From IMG/VR virus record IMGVR_UViG_3300042546_000155: a stretch of 64,000 nucleotides of DNA; one strand, written 5' to 3'. How positions within the stretch are numbered: position 1 is the first letter of the stretch; the number at the start of each line of letters is the position of its first letter. This DNA is from a virus. Below are positions 17,101 to 27,292 of the stretch, piece after piece. The notes beneath the pieces were generated by a model. That model searched no databases and was not told the origin of the DNA. It saw nothing but the letters and a program-made list of their open reading frames with translations. The position numbers and the translations under genes are program-made.

Positions 17101-18178
17101 CAGTCTCGACCTGTAAGGCCTCATTGTATATGTCCATCATAAAGTGTTTCATTTTACCGCTATCTAATGGTAATGTTAGCGTATCGATATACTTACGAAG
17201 GATCGTAGGGGTATCTTCCGCTTCATTTACTTCGTCTGCTTCTTCGTTCTCTAAGAGAACTGTTGGATCTTCTACGACCGTGATATCTAAAGGACTTGCC
17301 TTATAGATAGAATCAAATAGTAGATCGAAGGCATATGGGTTAGACTTATTGATAACAACAAGCTTAACATAAGTATTCTTATATCTAGAAAAGTCTGTTT
17401 TCTGTATCTTCTCTACGATTTCAGGATTAGCAACATCATCATACTTTGCAATCCTAAACATTCTATATGGATTCTGGACGAACTCTAAAACTCTGGACCC
17501 CGTATCAAATAACGAAAAACCTCGGGGATCATTATAATCATGCCAAGTATATTCTCCAAAAGCGCCAATATAGGATACATTACCAATAGTGCTACGATGA
17601 TGATAGTGACCTGAATATACCTTATCAAATTTATCAAATGCGATGCGTTCCATACCATGGTCTGATATCTGTCCTCTATGCATTGTAAAGCCTGTCAACT
17701 CAAGGTGACCCATGAGAATAGATGCTTTAGGTTTGGTGATTGCTTCTAGTGCTTCTGCACGATTGGAGTCTGTGATCCATGGCATTAGCTGAATGTCTAA
17801 GCCATCAATGTTGATGATTTCAGGAACTGAATAGATGTTAATATTAGAGTATCTACCACGGACAACTTCGTCTAGAGCATTGACCTCGTGAGTATCTTTG
17901 TAATACATATCATGATTACCAACAACGATATGCGTTTCAATACCTCTTTCTGCTAGAGGTTCAAAGAAATCTTCACGAAGGCGCTTGGCAGACATAAAGT
18001 TGATATACTTACGGCGATCATAGATATCACCAAGATGAATGATATGCTTGATACCATGTTCATCAATCTGATTGAAAAACCATTGCCAACATTGCTTTTG
18101 ATACAACTGAAATGCCGGGTTGTCATTTCTGACCCCGGCATGTGTATCTGTTACCATCGCAATCTTTGCCATACCCAA
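17096..18178 (-). CDS. gp47: Recombination endonuclease subunit (Mre11/SbcD-like)
   Basis: [25 protein letters not shown] phosphoesterase motifs. Confidence 0.97.
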   Translation of the reverse strand: MGMAKIAMVTDTHAGVRNDNPAFQLYQKQCWQWFFNQIDEHGIKHIIHLGDIYDRRKYINFMSAKRLREDFFEPLAERGIETHIVVGNHDMYYKDTHEVNALDEVVRGRYSNINIYSVPEIINIDGLDIQLMPWITDSNRAEALEAITKPKASILMGHLELTGFTMHRGQISDHGMERIAFDKFDKVYSGHYHHRSTIGNVSYIGAFGEYTWHDYNDPRGFSLFDTGSRVLEFVQNPYRMFRIAKYDDVANPEIVEKIQKTDFSRYKNTYVKLVVINKSNPYAFDLLFDSIYKASPLDITVVEDPTVLLENEEADEVNEAEDTPTILRKYIDTLTLPLDSGKMKHFMMDIYNEALQVETV

Positions 18179-18210
18179 TCCTTAAAGTCTAGTATTAAGT
18201 TCAAAGAAAC

Positions 18211-18239
18211 AGTATATATCATAAAGATGATATTGTCAA
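18211..18239 (-). promoter_or_regulatory. sigma70-type promoter for the 47-ftsH-46 operon
   Basis: TTGACA (18239-18234), 17-nt spacer, TATACT (18216-18211). Confidence 0.8.
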
Positions 18240-18418
18240 TCGTCTTTGGTAATTTCATTATAGATATCAACCTCGGATTGTCTTATCCATCCCAAATTGA
18301 TCATTCTACGAAACACCTTCTGCTTATCCTCAGGGTTAAGCGGAACAGGTTCTACGATCTTATCACAAAACCATTCTAAGTTTTGCTCAATCTCTTTAAC
18401 AATATCATCCGTGTCCAT
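18236..18418 (-). CDS. Hypothetical protein
   Basis: Coupled ORF between 55 and 47. Confidence 0.6.
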   Translation of the reverse strand: MDTDDIVKEIEQNLEWFCDKIVEPVPLNPEDKQKVFRRMINLGWIRQSEVDIYNEITKDD

Positions 18419-18636
18419 TATCGTGGTCCCATCTTATATCGAGTTGACTGAACCATTTCCTGATCATATTCTAGTAAAGCCTTATCAATAGCTTTACGAA
18501 TACCTTCTAGTCTCATTCGATAGTTACTACGAATATGAACACGCTCACCTTTATTCTTAAGGGATGTGATCAATGTCTGTACCTGAAAGGGCACATCATA
18601 CTGATTCTCTTCCGTCATCATTCTCTCCTTCAACAA
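18418..18636 (-). CDS. Hypothetical protein
   Basis: ORF downstream of 55; probable start MMTEENQ with a GGAGA RBS. Confidence 0.6.
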   Translation of the reverse strand: MLKERMMTEENQYDVPFQVQTLITSLKNKGERVHIRSNYRMRLEGIRKAIDKALLEYDQEMVQSTRYKMGPR

Positions 18637-19183
18637 ACTTTTCTAAGCCTTCCTTGGCCTTCTTTCTTTCGAGTTTCTTTAGAAGTTCTCTTTCCTCAAA
18701 ATCTCGTATGAAGTCATTAATGTTATCATAGATGTTTGAAGAAATCAAGTGATTTCCATCGGCATCAATCATAAGTGAGGCATCATTAGTATGCAGAACA
18801 CTTTCTTGAAACCTCTTATACATTATATATTTGTTCTTCTTTTCTTTGTTCTTCCTTCTCTGAAAGGCGTAGTAACTAATCTGTGTGAAGTATGCAAAGG
18901 GGTTCTCTGACTTCTCGGGATTGAAGTTATCGAAATACATGAAACAGTTTTCAATTGCATCCGATATCATTTCATCACGATATGAGTAGTTCATGAACAA
19001 AGGCTTGGTGCTAAGATGCTCCGCAATGTCCTTAATACACTTACCAATGTAGTTTGAGATAACAGGCTTTGTTAGTCCATGCTGTTCTGCATAGGCACAC
19101 TGTTTCTTGTATTCTACAATCTCTTCCAAAAACTTCTTATTATCTACATAATGACGCTTAACTTTTTTTGCCATTTTATTCAC
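18596..19183 (-). CDS. gp55: Late-transcription sigma factor
   Basis: HYVDNKKF, YSYRDEMISDAIENC..Y..NF.PEKSENPFAYFTQI. Confidence 0.96.
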   Translation of the reverse strand: MNKMAKKVKRHYVDNKKFLEEIVEYKKQCAYAEQHGLTKPVISNYIGKCIKDIAEHLSTKPLFMNYSYRDEMISDAIENCFMYFDNFNPEKSENPFAYFTQISYYAFQRRKNKEKKNKYIMYKRFQESVLHTNDASLMIDADGNHLISSNIYDNINDFIRDFEERELLKKLERKKAKEGLEKFVEGENDDGRESV

Positions 19184-19201
19184 TTTCTTTCATTTTTGGG
19201 C

Positions 19202-19230
19202 TTGACAACATTTTCAACTTAGGGTATAAT
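19202..19230 (+). promoter_or_regulatory. Plus-strand consensus sigma70 promoter (divergent from 55)
   Basis: TTGACA (19202-19207), 17-nt spacer, TATAAT (19225-19230); no plus-strand gene downstream. Confidence 0.8.
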
Positions 19231-19273
19231 GGTCTTTAAGAAACCACCACCTAAACCTTAACCAAGAGCAACC

Positions 19274-19309
19274 GTCGAGCGAAGCGAGACAAACTTGCGT
19301 TAGCAAGTT
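19274..19309 (+). other. Tandem hairpins (GCGAAGC mini-hairpin plus 7-bp stem)
   Basis: GTC-GA-GC-GAA-GC-GA-GAC at 19274-19290 and AACTTGC-GTTA-GCAAGTT at 19292-19309. Confidence 0.55.
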
Positions 19310-19313
19310 CACC

Positions 19314-19619
19314 TTACTTGAACCCTGGTTCGGTAAGTGTAATAAGTTTCGCTATCTGCTTCTCAAGGATAGGACCTCTGTTAGGCCACTTGATGATAGG
19401 CTGATCGGAGTTCTTTGCTAGGTTCTGTAGCAAAGGCATATAAATCTTCCTAATAGCTTCTAATCTCTTTTTAAGATCGGCCACTTCGTCTTGTGTCGGT
19501 GCGATGGCGTCTGCGATAATGTCGTCTTCGTTACCGAAAGAAAAGCCGAAATCATCGGTTAGGTCCGCATCGTCAAATGTGAGATATGGATTAGTTTCTT
19601 TTGTGGTGGTCGTTGCCAT
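19314..19619 (-). CDS. Hypothetical protein
   Basis: DDFGFSF...MPLLQNLAKN....IKWPNR; coupled to the upstream ORF. Confidence 0.7.
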   Translation of the reverse strand: MATTTTKETNPYLTFDDADLTDDFGFSFGNEDDIIADAIAPTQDEVADLKKRLEAIRKIYMPLLQNLAKNSDQPIIKWPNRGPILEKQIAKLITLTEPGFK

Positions 19620-20032
19620 TAGTGATATATCCTTTTCTGTGCGAATGCTTCAAGAGCCTCGGCTATACTATCTTCCTGTTCTTCTGTAAGACTTAGTTCG
19701 TCATTGGCAGGATCATTATACTTTAGGTACTCACTAACACTTTCCCAATAGGACGCATTAGTTTTTTCTGATACATCTGTTATTATCATAATTTTTTCGG
19801 ATTGTAAAGTAAATTCTTGCGTTTCAACCATTCTAGGAAAGACCCATGGCATAAAAGCAATACTATAGAAGCCAGTTTTCTCAGAAGGTATATAAACAAC
19901 TTTAAGAGGATGATAAAGATGATACATTAGATTATCATCATCACCAACCTCTACTACTTCCGCTATTAAATCATCCCCATTATCGAGACGAATAAACTTT
20001 GCTCTAGGATATTCACTGTAATCATCCATCAT
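19619..20032 (-). CDS. Conserved hypothetical protein downstream of uvsW (Sm-like)
   Basis: KFIRLDNGDDLIAEV...FMPW; ATGA overlap with uvsW. Confidence 0.7.
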   Translation of the reverse strand: MMDDYSEYPRAKFIRLDNGDDLIAEVVEVGDDDNLMYHLYHPLKVVYIPSEKTGFYSIAFMPWVFPRMVETQEFTLQSEKIMIITDVSEKTNASYWESVSEYLKYNDPANDELSLTEEQEDSIAEALEAFAQKRIYH

Positions 20033-21504
20033 CTATCCTTCATGTTTATTTTGTAGATTTTGAACTCGAACCCTTCTTCACCATAGACTTTGAGTCTTTC
20101 AAAGAAATGCTTAAGGGTAAAGTTCTCTCTTGCTTTCCACTTAAAGTCATCGGCAATGTCATAGAGAGTGGCGGATTTTTTCTTGTCACTAACCCGAAGC
20201 CCTCTACCGATTGATTGTAAGTTACGGATCTTGGACTTGGAAGGAGATGCAAATATGACGTTATCCAAGGCCACGATGTTAGTACCAGTAGACAAAACAC
20301 CAACGGACCCAACAATAATAGCATTACGCTCGTTCTCGACGATCCTTCGAATTTCTTCTCGGTCTTCAACCTCAGTTCCTCCATGTATATAAAATACTTT
20401 TCTGCCTTCTTTTACACGCTTATTTAGCATGTCGTATAAAACGGCTCCATGCTTCTCCACATAGTTAAATAGCAGTAGAGTATTGCCCTCTAAGGAGAGG
20501 GCAAGATTTACAATGAACTTGTTTCGCTCCTTATTAGATACAATATAGTCAATCTCTGCCTGATAGTCGGCAGTCTTCATATACTGACATTCTTCGTCAG
20601 AGTATTTTAGCAACAGGCACTTGATGGTTAGTTTAGCAAGCTGTTCCTTATCCATCAGTTCTTTAGATGTAGTTGCTTTATAGATTTCACCAAACAAACC
20701 GGTAAGCACCCATTCATGCGTCTTAGCACCAGATAGAGTACCAGTAACACCGATACGATACGCAGCATTGGTACACTTAGAAATGATATCAGATAGTGCC
20801 TTTGCTTGTGCTTGATGAACTTCGTCACAGATTACATAATCAAACTTCTGAAAGTATTCTTTAGGTAATCTTTGTAGTGACTGCCAGGTAGATATGATGA
20901 TAGGATGCTCTGCCTCTTTATCACGACCTGAATATACTCTCCAACAATACTTATTCATATCCTTACCATTCTTTACAGAATAGTCTTGAAAGTCGGAGAA
21001 TAACTGTTCTACAAGCGCCGACCTAGGAACGATGATAAGACCTCTCTTCCCTTTGGTAAGCAAATACATAGAGACCAAGTAAAGAAGCAAAGACTTGCCT
21101 GAACCAGTAGGAGACAGCACAAGACGACGCTTAGAGCGTATTGCGTGAACGAAAGAGTTAAGCTGATAGTCTCTAGGAGGATGCTTGGGGTTGAGTTTTT
21201 CAATAAACTCATTTGCTTCTTCCACTGAAAATGATGTGCCATACTGTTCATCCTCATACTCATAGGTATAACCTCTCTTGCGTATCCACTCCATTACCTG
21301 AGGAGCAAGACCACGAAGAATGATACGCTTATTGGCATCAAAGAGGCGAAGATATCCATCCCAGAGTTTCATTTTGTAAGAAGGGACAAATTGAAACCCG
21401 GGAGGACGGAATGAGAATGCGTCTCTGAGTTCCCATGCTACACCTTCACTACAGGTGACATGAATATAAGACTCATTCAAATTCCTAATGATCAAGTGTT
21501 CCAT
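20029..21504 (-). CDS. uvsW: SF2 DNA helicase UvsW
   Basis: PRDYQ, SPTGSGKS, STWQS, DEVH, TGT, LQSIGRGLR. Confidence 0.96.
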   Translation of the reverse strand: MEHLIIRNLNESYIHVTCSEGVAWELRDAFSFRPPGFQFVPSYKMKLWDGYLRLFDANKRIILRGLAPQVMEWIRKRGYTYEYEDEQYGTSFSVEEANEFIEKLNPKHPPRDYQLNSFVHAIRSKRRLVLSPTGSGKSLLLYLVSMYLLTKGKRGLIIVPRSALVEQLFSDFQDYSVKNGKDMNKYCWRVYSGRDKEAEHPIIISTWQSLQRLPKEYFQKFDYVICDEVHQAQAKALSDIISKCTNAAYRIGVTGTLSGAKTHEWVLTGLFGEIYKATTSKELMDKEQLAKLTIKCLLLKYSDEECQYMKTADYQAEIDYIVSNKERNKFIVNLALSLEGNTLLLFNYVEKHGAVLYDMLNKRVKEGRKVFYIHGGTEVEDREEIRRIVENERNAIIVGSVGVLSTGTNIVALDNVIFASPSKSKIRNLQSIGRGLRVSDKKKSATLYDIADDFKWKARENFTLKHFFERLKVYGEEGFEFKIYKINMKDR

Positions 21505-21956
21505 TATCTACCGTCAAAGTGCTTTCTATAGTCTGTGTATGTCTTTAGGTCCCATGTGCGATTGTTTAGAGATTTAAGAACAAACTCGCAATAGGAGACA
21601 ATTTCTTCGTGTGCTATTTTCTTAAGCAACAGTTTATTTAGTTCGGGATCAGTTTCGAGTAGTCTAGCAATCTTGGGGTTAGAATGAACATGCTGCATAT
21701 ACTCCCAACCACGCTTATCACATTCTTCCTGTGTAAGATGACCAGCATAGTAATCTTCACGCAAGCCTTTCATGTTTTTAAAGTCCGTATCTATCTTACG
21801 GACAAGATGACGATGATAGGACATAATGTTAAGATACTTACCGTGTAGATTGGAAATCTTCAAGAGTTCCAAATCAATAGCGGAAGAATCGAGTTTAGTA
21901 TCCTCTGACCATTCCTTCATCAAATCTTCAATAGCTACTGGTGGTTTAAGATTCAC
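21504..21956 (-). CDS. uvsY: Recombination mediator UvsY
   Basis: W.ED...D......LKISNLHGKYL...YY.G...R.W.LK; position upstream of uvsW. Confidence 0.88.
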   Translation of the reverse strand: MNLKPPVAIEDLMKEWSEDTKLDSSAIDLELLKISNLHGKYLNIMSYHRHLVRKIDTDFKNMKGLREDYYAGHLTQEECDKRGWEYMQHVHSNPKIARLLETDPELNKLLLKKIAHEEIVSYCEFVLKSLNNRTWDLKTYTDYRKHFDGR

Positions 21957-21987
21957 CGCATACCTCCATGTGACAAAAATACTAACA

Positions 21988-22016
21988 ATTATAGTGGAAA
22001 TAAACGGTTATGTCAA
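21988..22016 (-). promoter_or_regulatory. sigma70-type promoter for uvsY-uvsW
   Basis: TTGACA (22016-22011), 17-nt spacer, TATAAT (21993-21988). Confidence 0.82.
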
Positions 22017-22532
22017 GCGTTCAATTTCAAACACATCGTAACGGAATGTGAAGTCTGCGGTAGGAATGTTATCAGCATCTTGCTTGGTGTCAAAGTTGAT
22101 ACCGCCAACATCTGTGGGGTGACAGTTCAAGAATTTGATACGAATATTAGGATTGTTAGAGTTTGTATTGATTGTTAGATATCCATCAAAGTAAAGAGGA
22201 TTAGTATCTTTCAATGATCTTCTTGGATACTTATCAAGATTAGAAGATTGTCCTAGACTATTCATCCACTTGTATGTTTCATGCCATACACGCAAATCTT
22301 CGTCCATCAATGCGGTAATCACTAATGGCTCAAATGTCATTTTACTGCCGTGTCTATATGTATCAACGAAAGGAGTAGGAACAGCAATAGGAGTTAATGA
22401 CACAGAAGGAATTGTGACTGTCTGACAAAAGTATCTTAGAAATGGCTTATCAGGAATAAAGAAAGTAAACTTCGTAGGTTGAAGAATAGATGTATTCTCT
22501 GGTGTAGTTGTCAGAACTGATTTGGTTGTCAT
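22008..22532 (-). CDS. gp3: Tail completion / sheath stabilizer
   Basis: LQPTKF.F....YFCQ...IP...F.PL.....DEDL..W.E...W; follows 23. Confidence 0.88.
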   Translation of the reverse strand: MTTKSVLTTTPENTSILQPTKFTFFIPDKPFLRYFCQTVTIPSVSLTPIAVPTPFVDTYRHGSKMTFEPLVITALMDEDLRVWHETYKWMNSLGQSSNLDKYPRRSLKDTNPLYFDGYLTINTNSNNPNIRIKFLNCHPTDVGGINFDTKQDADNIPTADFTFRYDVFEIERLT

Positions 22533-22549
22533 TAGATTCCTCCGTCAGT

Positions 22550-22556
22550 TATTTAG
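22550..22556 (-). promoter_or_regulatory. Late promoter box (CTAAATA)
   Basis: The same box recurs in front of structural genes at 25473-25479, 33875-33881, 40565-40571 and 43465-43471. Confidence 0.65.
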
Positions 22557-22560
22557 TCAT

Positions 22561-22589
22561 AAAAAAAGCGGAGCCCGAAGGCCCCGCTC
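22561..22589 (-). terminator. Intrinsic terminator after the major capsid gene
   Basis: AGCGGGGCC-TTCG-GGCTCCGCT followed by a T run (UUCG tetraloop). Confidence 0.92.
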
Positions 22590-22619
22590 TTAAGTTTTGG
22601 CTTTCGCCACGCATCTAAC

Positions 22620-23969
22620 TTAGGTTAGATTGCGAACACGGAAGATACGGTAGTAGATGTTTGCCTGACCGGAAACATCACGGCTACCAACAACGCCGTC
22701 ACCAGCGGTGGTTGCGAATGGGTTAGCAACCATGCCGTAACGAGTCTTGAAGCCAATCTTTGGCTGGAAGGTATCCTGACCGATTGCACGGACCATCTGT
22801 AGTGGAACGTATGGGCAGTAGAATAGACCAGCGTCGAATGGTGAAGAACCACGATAACCAACGGTTACTAGCTCGTCGCCGTTTGCTGAACCACCGAAGT
22901 AAGGATCGATATAAACCTTAATACGGCCGTGTAGCATACCAACGAAGGTGTTGCCAGTATCGTCAACGGTTAGGTCGGCTGATAGGGCTGGGGTGTAAGA
23001 AAGAACACCAGCCATAGCCATAGCAGATGCAACGTCTGATGAAACGATCAGAACGTTACCCTTACCACGGCGGGTAGCCTTAGCAATAGCATTAGCTTCA
23101 CGCTCAATGTGGAAGATAAGTCCCTTGAACTTCTCAACTGACCAACGGCCGTTTGAGTCTGTGTCAAGATCGAATGTACCAGCGGTTGTAACACCATACT
23201 GAGCACCAACTGTTGCTGAACGATAAATTGTGCGGATAACCTCACGATTGATTTCAGCAAGAATCTCTGTTGAGAGAATGTTGGCTAGCTCGGTCTCAGC
23301 ATCAAGGCCGTGAATTGCCTTAAGATCCTGAGCAAGCTCGGTGGTGTATTCTGCCTTTAGCGCACGGCTGCGAGCAGTAACAGTAACCTTATCGATGGCG
23401 AAAGCCATTTCAGCGAATGCGTTTGAAGCTGCATCGCCTAGTGCTTCTGCCTGTGCTGTGGTCATACCAACGCCAGTTGGGAATGAGTTAGCAGTCCAGT
23501 TAGCACCTTCTGCGAATGGGTTATTGTTGCCGGCTGGCTGTGAACCGTTAAGAGCAGAAGTATTACCGGTTGCATTCTGTGATGAGAAAGCAGTATTGGC
23601 TTCATAGAATAGAGCCTCGCTGCCACCCATTGACTTATACTTTGAACGCATTGCGAAGATTAGGCCGGTTGGACCGGTCATTGGCTGAACGCCGCAAACG
23701 TCATAAGCGATTAGGTTTGGAAGCGCACGGCGAACTAGGGAGATAAGAATTGGGTCGTATGAAGCGACATTAGTTCCGGTACCTAGACCACCACCAGAGT
23801 TAGTTGGAGCGGCTTCGTTTAGTGTGCGGCTTTCCTCAGCCATTGCCTTTTCCTGGTTCTCAAGAATAACGGCAGTAACGGCACGACGATAAGCATCCTT
23901 GATCTTACCAGCGCCGTCGTGGTCAAGAACTGGGGACCACTTGTTTTCTAGCTGTTCTGTTAAATACAT
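22620..23969 (-). CDS. gp23: Major capsid protein
   Basis: DPILISLVRRA.PNLIAYDVCGVQPMTGPTGLIFAMR, SRALKAEYT, FQPKIGFKTRYG. Confidence 0.99.
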   Translation of the reverse strand: MYLTEQLENKWSPVLDHDGAGKIKDAYRRAVTAVILENQEKAMAEESRTLNEAAPTNSGGGLGTGTNVASYDPILISLVRRALPNLIAYDVCGVQPMTGPTGLIFAMRSKYKSMGGSEALFYEANTAFSSQNATGNTSALNGSQPAGNNNPFAEGANWTANSFPTGVGMTTAQAEALGDAASNAFAEMAFAIDKVTVTARSRALKAEYTTELAQDLKAIHGLDAETELANILSTEILAEINREVIRTIYRSATVGAQYGVTTAGTFDLDTDSNGRWSVEKFKGLIFHIEREANAIAKATRRGKGNVLIVSSDVASAMAMAGVLSYTPALSADLTVDDTGNTFVGMLHGRIKVYIDPYFGGSANGDELVTVGYRGSSPFDAGLFYCPYVPLQMVRAIGQDTFQPKIGFKTRYGMVANPFATTAGDGVVGSRDVSGQANIYYRIFRVRNLT

Positions 23970-24008
23970 TTTAGTTTCCTTCTTTCTGTTAACTAAAGTT
24001 AGTTTAAA

Positions 24009-25442
24009 TTACTTTGGGAGAGTTCTGCCAAGGGCCTGAACATAACGAGCCATTGGACCTTCAAGATTGCTCTCGTTGATTACTGATGGATCGCTTGACT
24101 CAACTAGGTCTAGAACGCCATCTGCCTTAACAGCAGTTGGGAAATAGTTCTCCCTTAGTGTTGAAATCTTATCGATAAATTCTTCGTCTGATGTATAGGT
24201 AACGTTCTCGGCAAGACCCTTTAGCTTCTCTGCCTGAGTTGATGTTAGACCTTCACAAACAGCAGAAACTAGCTCATACTTGCGTGATTCGTTAAGTGCA
24301 GATGATAGTGCAACATTGCGCTCAATTTCTTCGTTAAGTTTGGCTTCTAGTTCCTCAACTGTTGCTGATAGTTCCTCAACTACAGGTACAGAATCCTCTG
24401 GAATGTCGATATAGTGTTCAGCGAATAGGGCACGAAGACCACTGATGAAATCTTCTGTAAGTTCGCTACGGAGAGCGGACTCAACAGCAACTTCATTTTC
24501 TTCAATCCACTGTTCAACAACATAGTTTAGATAGTCATCAACGTCGGTTGATAGCTGTTCGTAGATTTCAGCAACTCTTTCTTCTAGAGTTTCGGCATAA
24601 GCCTGCTCTAGTAGAGCTACTTCCTCTTCTAGCTTTGCCTTAACGGCTGCTTCGAAGATTGTTGTTGCCTTAGCATGGAACTCCTCAGAAAGGTTCTCAC
24701 CTTCTAGAAGGGCATCAACATGCTCTGACATATCAACTTCGTATGTCTCTAGTGATTCTGCAATCTCATCTGATTCCTCTGAGACGAACTCAAAGTTCTC
24801 ATCGATAGCAGCAAGAATTTCTTCTTCATCAAGACCAGCTTCGATGGCTTCTGCAATAAAGTCTTCTAGTTCTTCTGAAAGTTCTAGTTCTTCATCGCAC
24901 TTTTCTTTACCTTCGTGCTTCTCATCTTCATCTTCTTTTTCTTCTTTGTCTTCTTTTTCTTCTTTGTCGTGCTTACGGGCTTCTTTAAGAGCCTTAATGC
25001 GCTCGGCTAGAGTTGGAGCATTTTCTTCTTCAACTACTTCACCTTCATTTACTTCATCTTCTGATAGCTTCTTAGTTGGCTCGGGTGCAACTGAACCCTT
25101 ACCAGCACGAGAAGAATCCTTACCAACTGCTGATGCAGCGGCAGCGCCTAGATTGCCTGATGGAAGTGAAGTTGGTGTCTGTCCACCAATATCCTGCTGC
25201 TGACCTTCGAAATCAGCATTATCAGAAGAACCAGCACCGTTCTGTGAACGCTTCTTATCTTCTTTCATCTTTGAACCTGGGCGTAGTGTCTTAGCATTGC
25301 CTGTTGAAGCGGTAGAAGGATCTACAGGATCAGGATTCGATACGCCACCATTACCCACTGATGGATAAGGATTGCTACCATAACCTTCCCCTAGAGTCTT
25401 TCCCTCTAGAACAGCCTTTGCTGCTTCTGTTAATGATGCCAT
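24009..25442 (-). CDS. gp22: Prohead core scaffold protein
   Basis: Acidic; LSEEF..KA.TIFEAAV, VDDYLNYVVEQW; lies between 21 and 23. Confidence 0.92.
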   Translation of the reverse strand: MASLTEAAKAVLEGKTLGEGYGSNPYPSVGNGGVSNPDPVDPSTASTGNAKTLRPGSKMKEDKKRSQNGAGSSDNADFEGQQQDIGGQTPTSLPSGNLGAAAASAVGKDSSRAGKGSVAPEPTKKLSEDEVNEGEVVEEENAPTLAERIKALKEARKHDKEEKEDKEEKEDEDEKHEGKEKCDEELELSEELEDFIAEAIEAGLDEEEILAAIDENFEFVSEESDEIAESLETYEVDMSEHVDALLEGENLSEEFHAKATTIFEAAVKAKLEEEVALLEQAYAETLEERVAEIYEQLSTDVDDYLNYVVEQWIEENEVAVESALRSELTEDFISGLRALFAEHYIDIPEDSVPVVEELSATVEELEAKLNEEIERNVALSSALNESRKYELVSAVCEGLTSTQAEKLKGLAENVTYTSDEEFIDKISTLRENYFPTAVKADGVLDLVESSDPSVINESNLEGPMARYVQALGRTLPK

Positions 25443-25472
25443 TGGAATGATACTCCTTTTATTCCTAATTGT

Positions 25473-25479
25473 TATTTAG
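25473..25479 (-). promoter_or_regulatory. Late promoter box (CTAAATA) for 22-23
   Basis: ACTAAATAA in the intergenic gap before gene 22. Confidence 0.65.
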
Positions 25480-25484
25480 TATTT

Positions 25485-26132
25485 TCAAAGTTTTGAGATA
25501 TAGTTCTCGAAAATCTTCAAGGCGACATCTTCAATATCGTGTTTTGATGCCTCAGTAATGAGTTTCTTTGCACGATAGTAATCTTGTTCTTTCCAGTTAC
25601 CATTTTCAAAAATCCACTCCTTACCTTCCATGATGCCTCGAACGAATGCGTCTTGTGCGCTAGGATCAGCAACAACGTCTGCCGCAGTTGCTAACTTATA
25701 GTCGTCTTGTACCTGTTGGTATCCATTATATGGTCTAAGAGACCCTACGCCTCTTGTTGACACACCAAGACTTGCACCACCATCTAATAAACTCTTAACA
25801 ATTTTTCCGTTAGGAGTATCCAAAATTTTTGCTTTACCAATAAAATTAGTCCCGTCAGGTTTCAATGATGTAATCATGTGGGACACACGATCTAGGTTGA
25901 TTTGAGGATTCTCAGGATGACCTAGTTCACCAAATGCTCTGTTCTTTTGAACATATTCTCTATTGTAACGATCTGCTTCTTTTGAAAGAACGCTCATAGG
26001 ATAAACACGACCGTTACGATTTTGCTTTTCTGCTTGCATGAAGATACCGGTGATATAATGGTTCTTACCACCCTTACCATCTGATTCTACCAGATATTGA
26101 ATATCTTGAATTTCTTCTCTAATGAGTTTCAT
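25485..26132 (-). CDS. gp21: Prohead protease
   Basis: GIFMQAE..NRNGRVYP, GELGHP, GVSTRG.GS, ADVVADPSA. Confidence 0.97.
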   Translation of the reverse strand: MKLIREEIQDIQYLVESDGKGGKNHYITGIFMQAEKQNRNGRVYPMSVLSKEADRYNREYVQKNRAFGELGHPENPQINLDRVSHMITSLKPDGTNFIGKAKILDTPNGKIVKSLLDGGASLGVSTRGVGSLRPYNGYQQVQDDYKLATAADVVADPSAQDAFVRGIMEGKEWIFENGNWKEQDYYRAKKLITEASKHDIEDVALKIFENYISKL

Positions 26133-26143
26133 CTATTTATTCC

Positions 26144-26764
26144 TTAACTTCTACCAGCTTGGATGGCACTAGCAACATGCTTTGCAAAGTCTTTAACTGT
26201 TACTGGGCGACCTTTAACGCCTGTCATCTTACCTAATGTCTCACCAGCTTTATCATGAATGCGACGACCAAGAGACTTAGGTTCACCAGTTAGTTTAACT
26301 TCTGGTGCTTCTGGCTCTGCCTTAGGGGCCTTAGGCTTCATTTTTTCTTTTCTTTTCTCGGTCGATGCGTCTCTTAGACCATGCTTTGCTTCTGGCTTTT
26401 TCTTTTCTTTATCTAGAACATCTGCTGCTCTTTTATAGCCAGCCTTCTTGCGGGCTTCAATATCTGCTGGAGAAAGTTTTCCACCTTTACCAAATCCCTT
26501 TGGTGTTGTGGTAGCTTGATATTCTTTTTCAGTTTTTCTCTGAGCAATCTTAGCCTTCCAATAAGCCTTCTTCTCTGCATCTGATTTGCCTACAAGAGGA
26601 CCAGACTTAGCGCCATAACCACGATAACCCATTAGCTCGGTTAAGTTTAGTGATCTTTTGACTTCTAATAGTTTCTGCTCACGAATAGAATCGATACGAT
26701 CCTCGAAATATTCGTTTGCTTCTACTAGATTTTTATTGAGGATGGCGTCGAGAAGTTCGCTCAT
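26144..26764 (-). CDS. Lys-rich putative internal head/core protein
   Basis: Short helical acidic N-terminus, then a highly basic region; located in the head cluster. Confidence 0.6.
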   Translation of the reverse strand: MSELLDAILNKNLVEANEYFEDRIDSIREQKLLEVKRSLNLTELMGYRGYGAKSGPLVGKSDAEKKAYWKAKIAQRKTEKEYQATTTPKGFGKGGKLSPADIEARKKAGYKRAADVLDKEKKKPEAKHGLRDASTEKRKEKMKPKAPKAEPEAPEVKLTGEPKSLGRRIHDKAGETLGKMTGVKGRPVTVKDFAKHVASAIQAGRS

Positions 26765-26765
26765 A

Positions 26766-27290
26766 TTACTGACCTCTACCTGTTACGCCGTAGTTGAAAT
26801 CTCTTGGTGCTGCGGTCTGTCCTTGATCATAATCACGACCATCTTTCTTGAGGTCAATGAATAGAGTTAGAGCATCGCCGTTTGTATTACCAGCAGAAGA
26901 AAATACGATATTACCCGTGCTATTAGCAGAATCGACAATTGAAATGGCAGCAGACATACCTTCAACTTCAAAGTTATAGTCAAAACTTCCGTCACCGACT
27001 GCAACAAAAGGAATGTTCTCTCCATTAGTGCCCTGCCACTTTAGAAAGATATGTCCCTTATTTTTGAAAACGCCTTGTCCATAAATTCTCTTAATTGATG
27101 TTCTATAAAGTGACTTTCTGTCAGTGCCAGTTCCTAGAATCTGATTATTAGCATTCATTGAAAATGCTAATGATGCAACATCAAGCAATACAGTATTTGC
27201 TTCTGCTGTACCGTCAGAGACACCGACCCACTTGACAAGTGATCTTCTATTAGTGTCTACCAAAACTTGTTTGTATAGAATGTTTGCCAT
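26766..27290 (-). CDS. Virion structural protein (head cluster)
   Basis: Beta-rich 174 aa protein between the portal and protease genes. Confidence 0.6.
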   Translation of the reverse strand: MANILYKQVLVDTNRRSLVKWVGVSDGTAEANTVLLDVASLAFSMNANNQILGTGTDRKSLYRTSIKRIYGQGVFKNKGHIFLKWQGTNGENIPFVAVGDGSFDYNFEVEGMSAAISIVDSANSTGNIVFSSAGNTNGDALTLFIDLKKDGRDYDQGQTAAPRDFNYGVTGRGQ

Positions 27291-27292
27291 TG

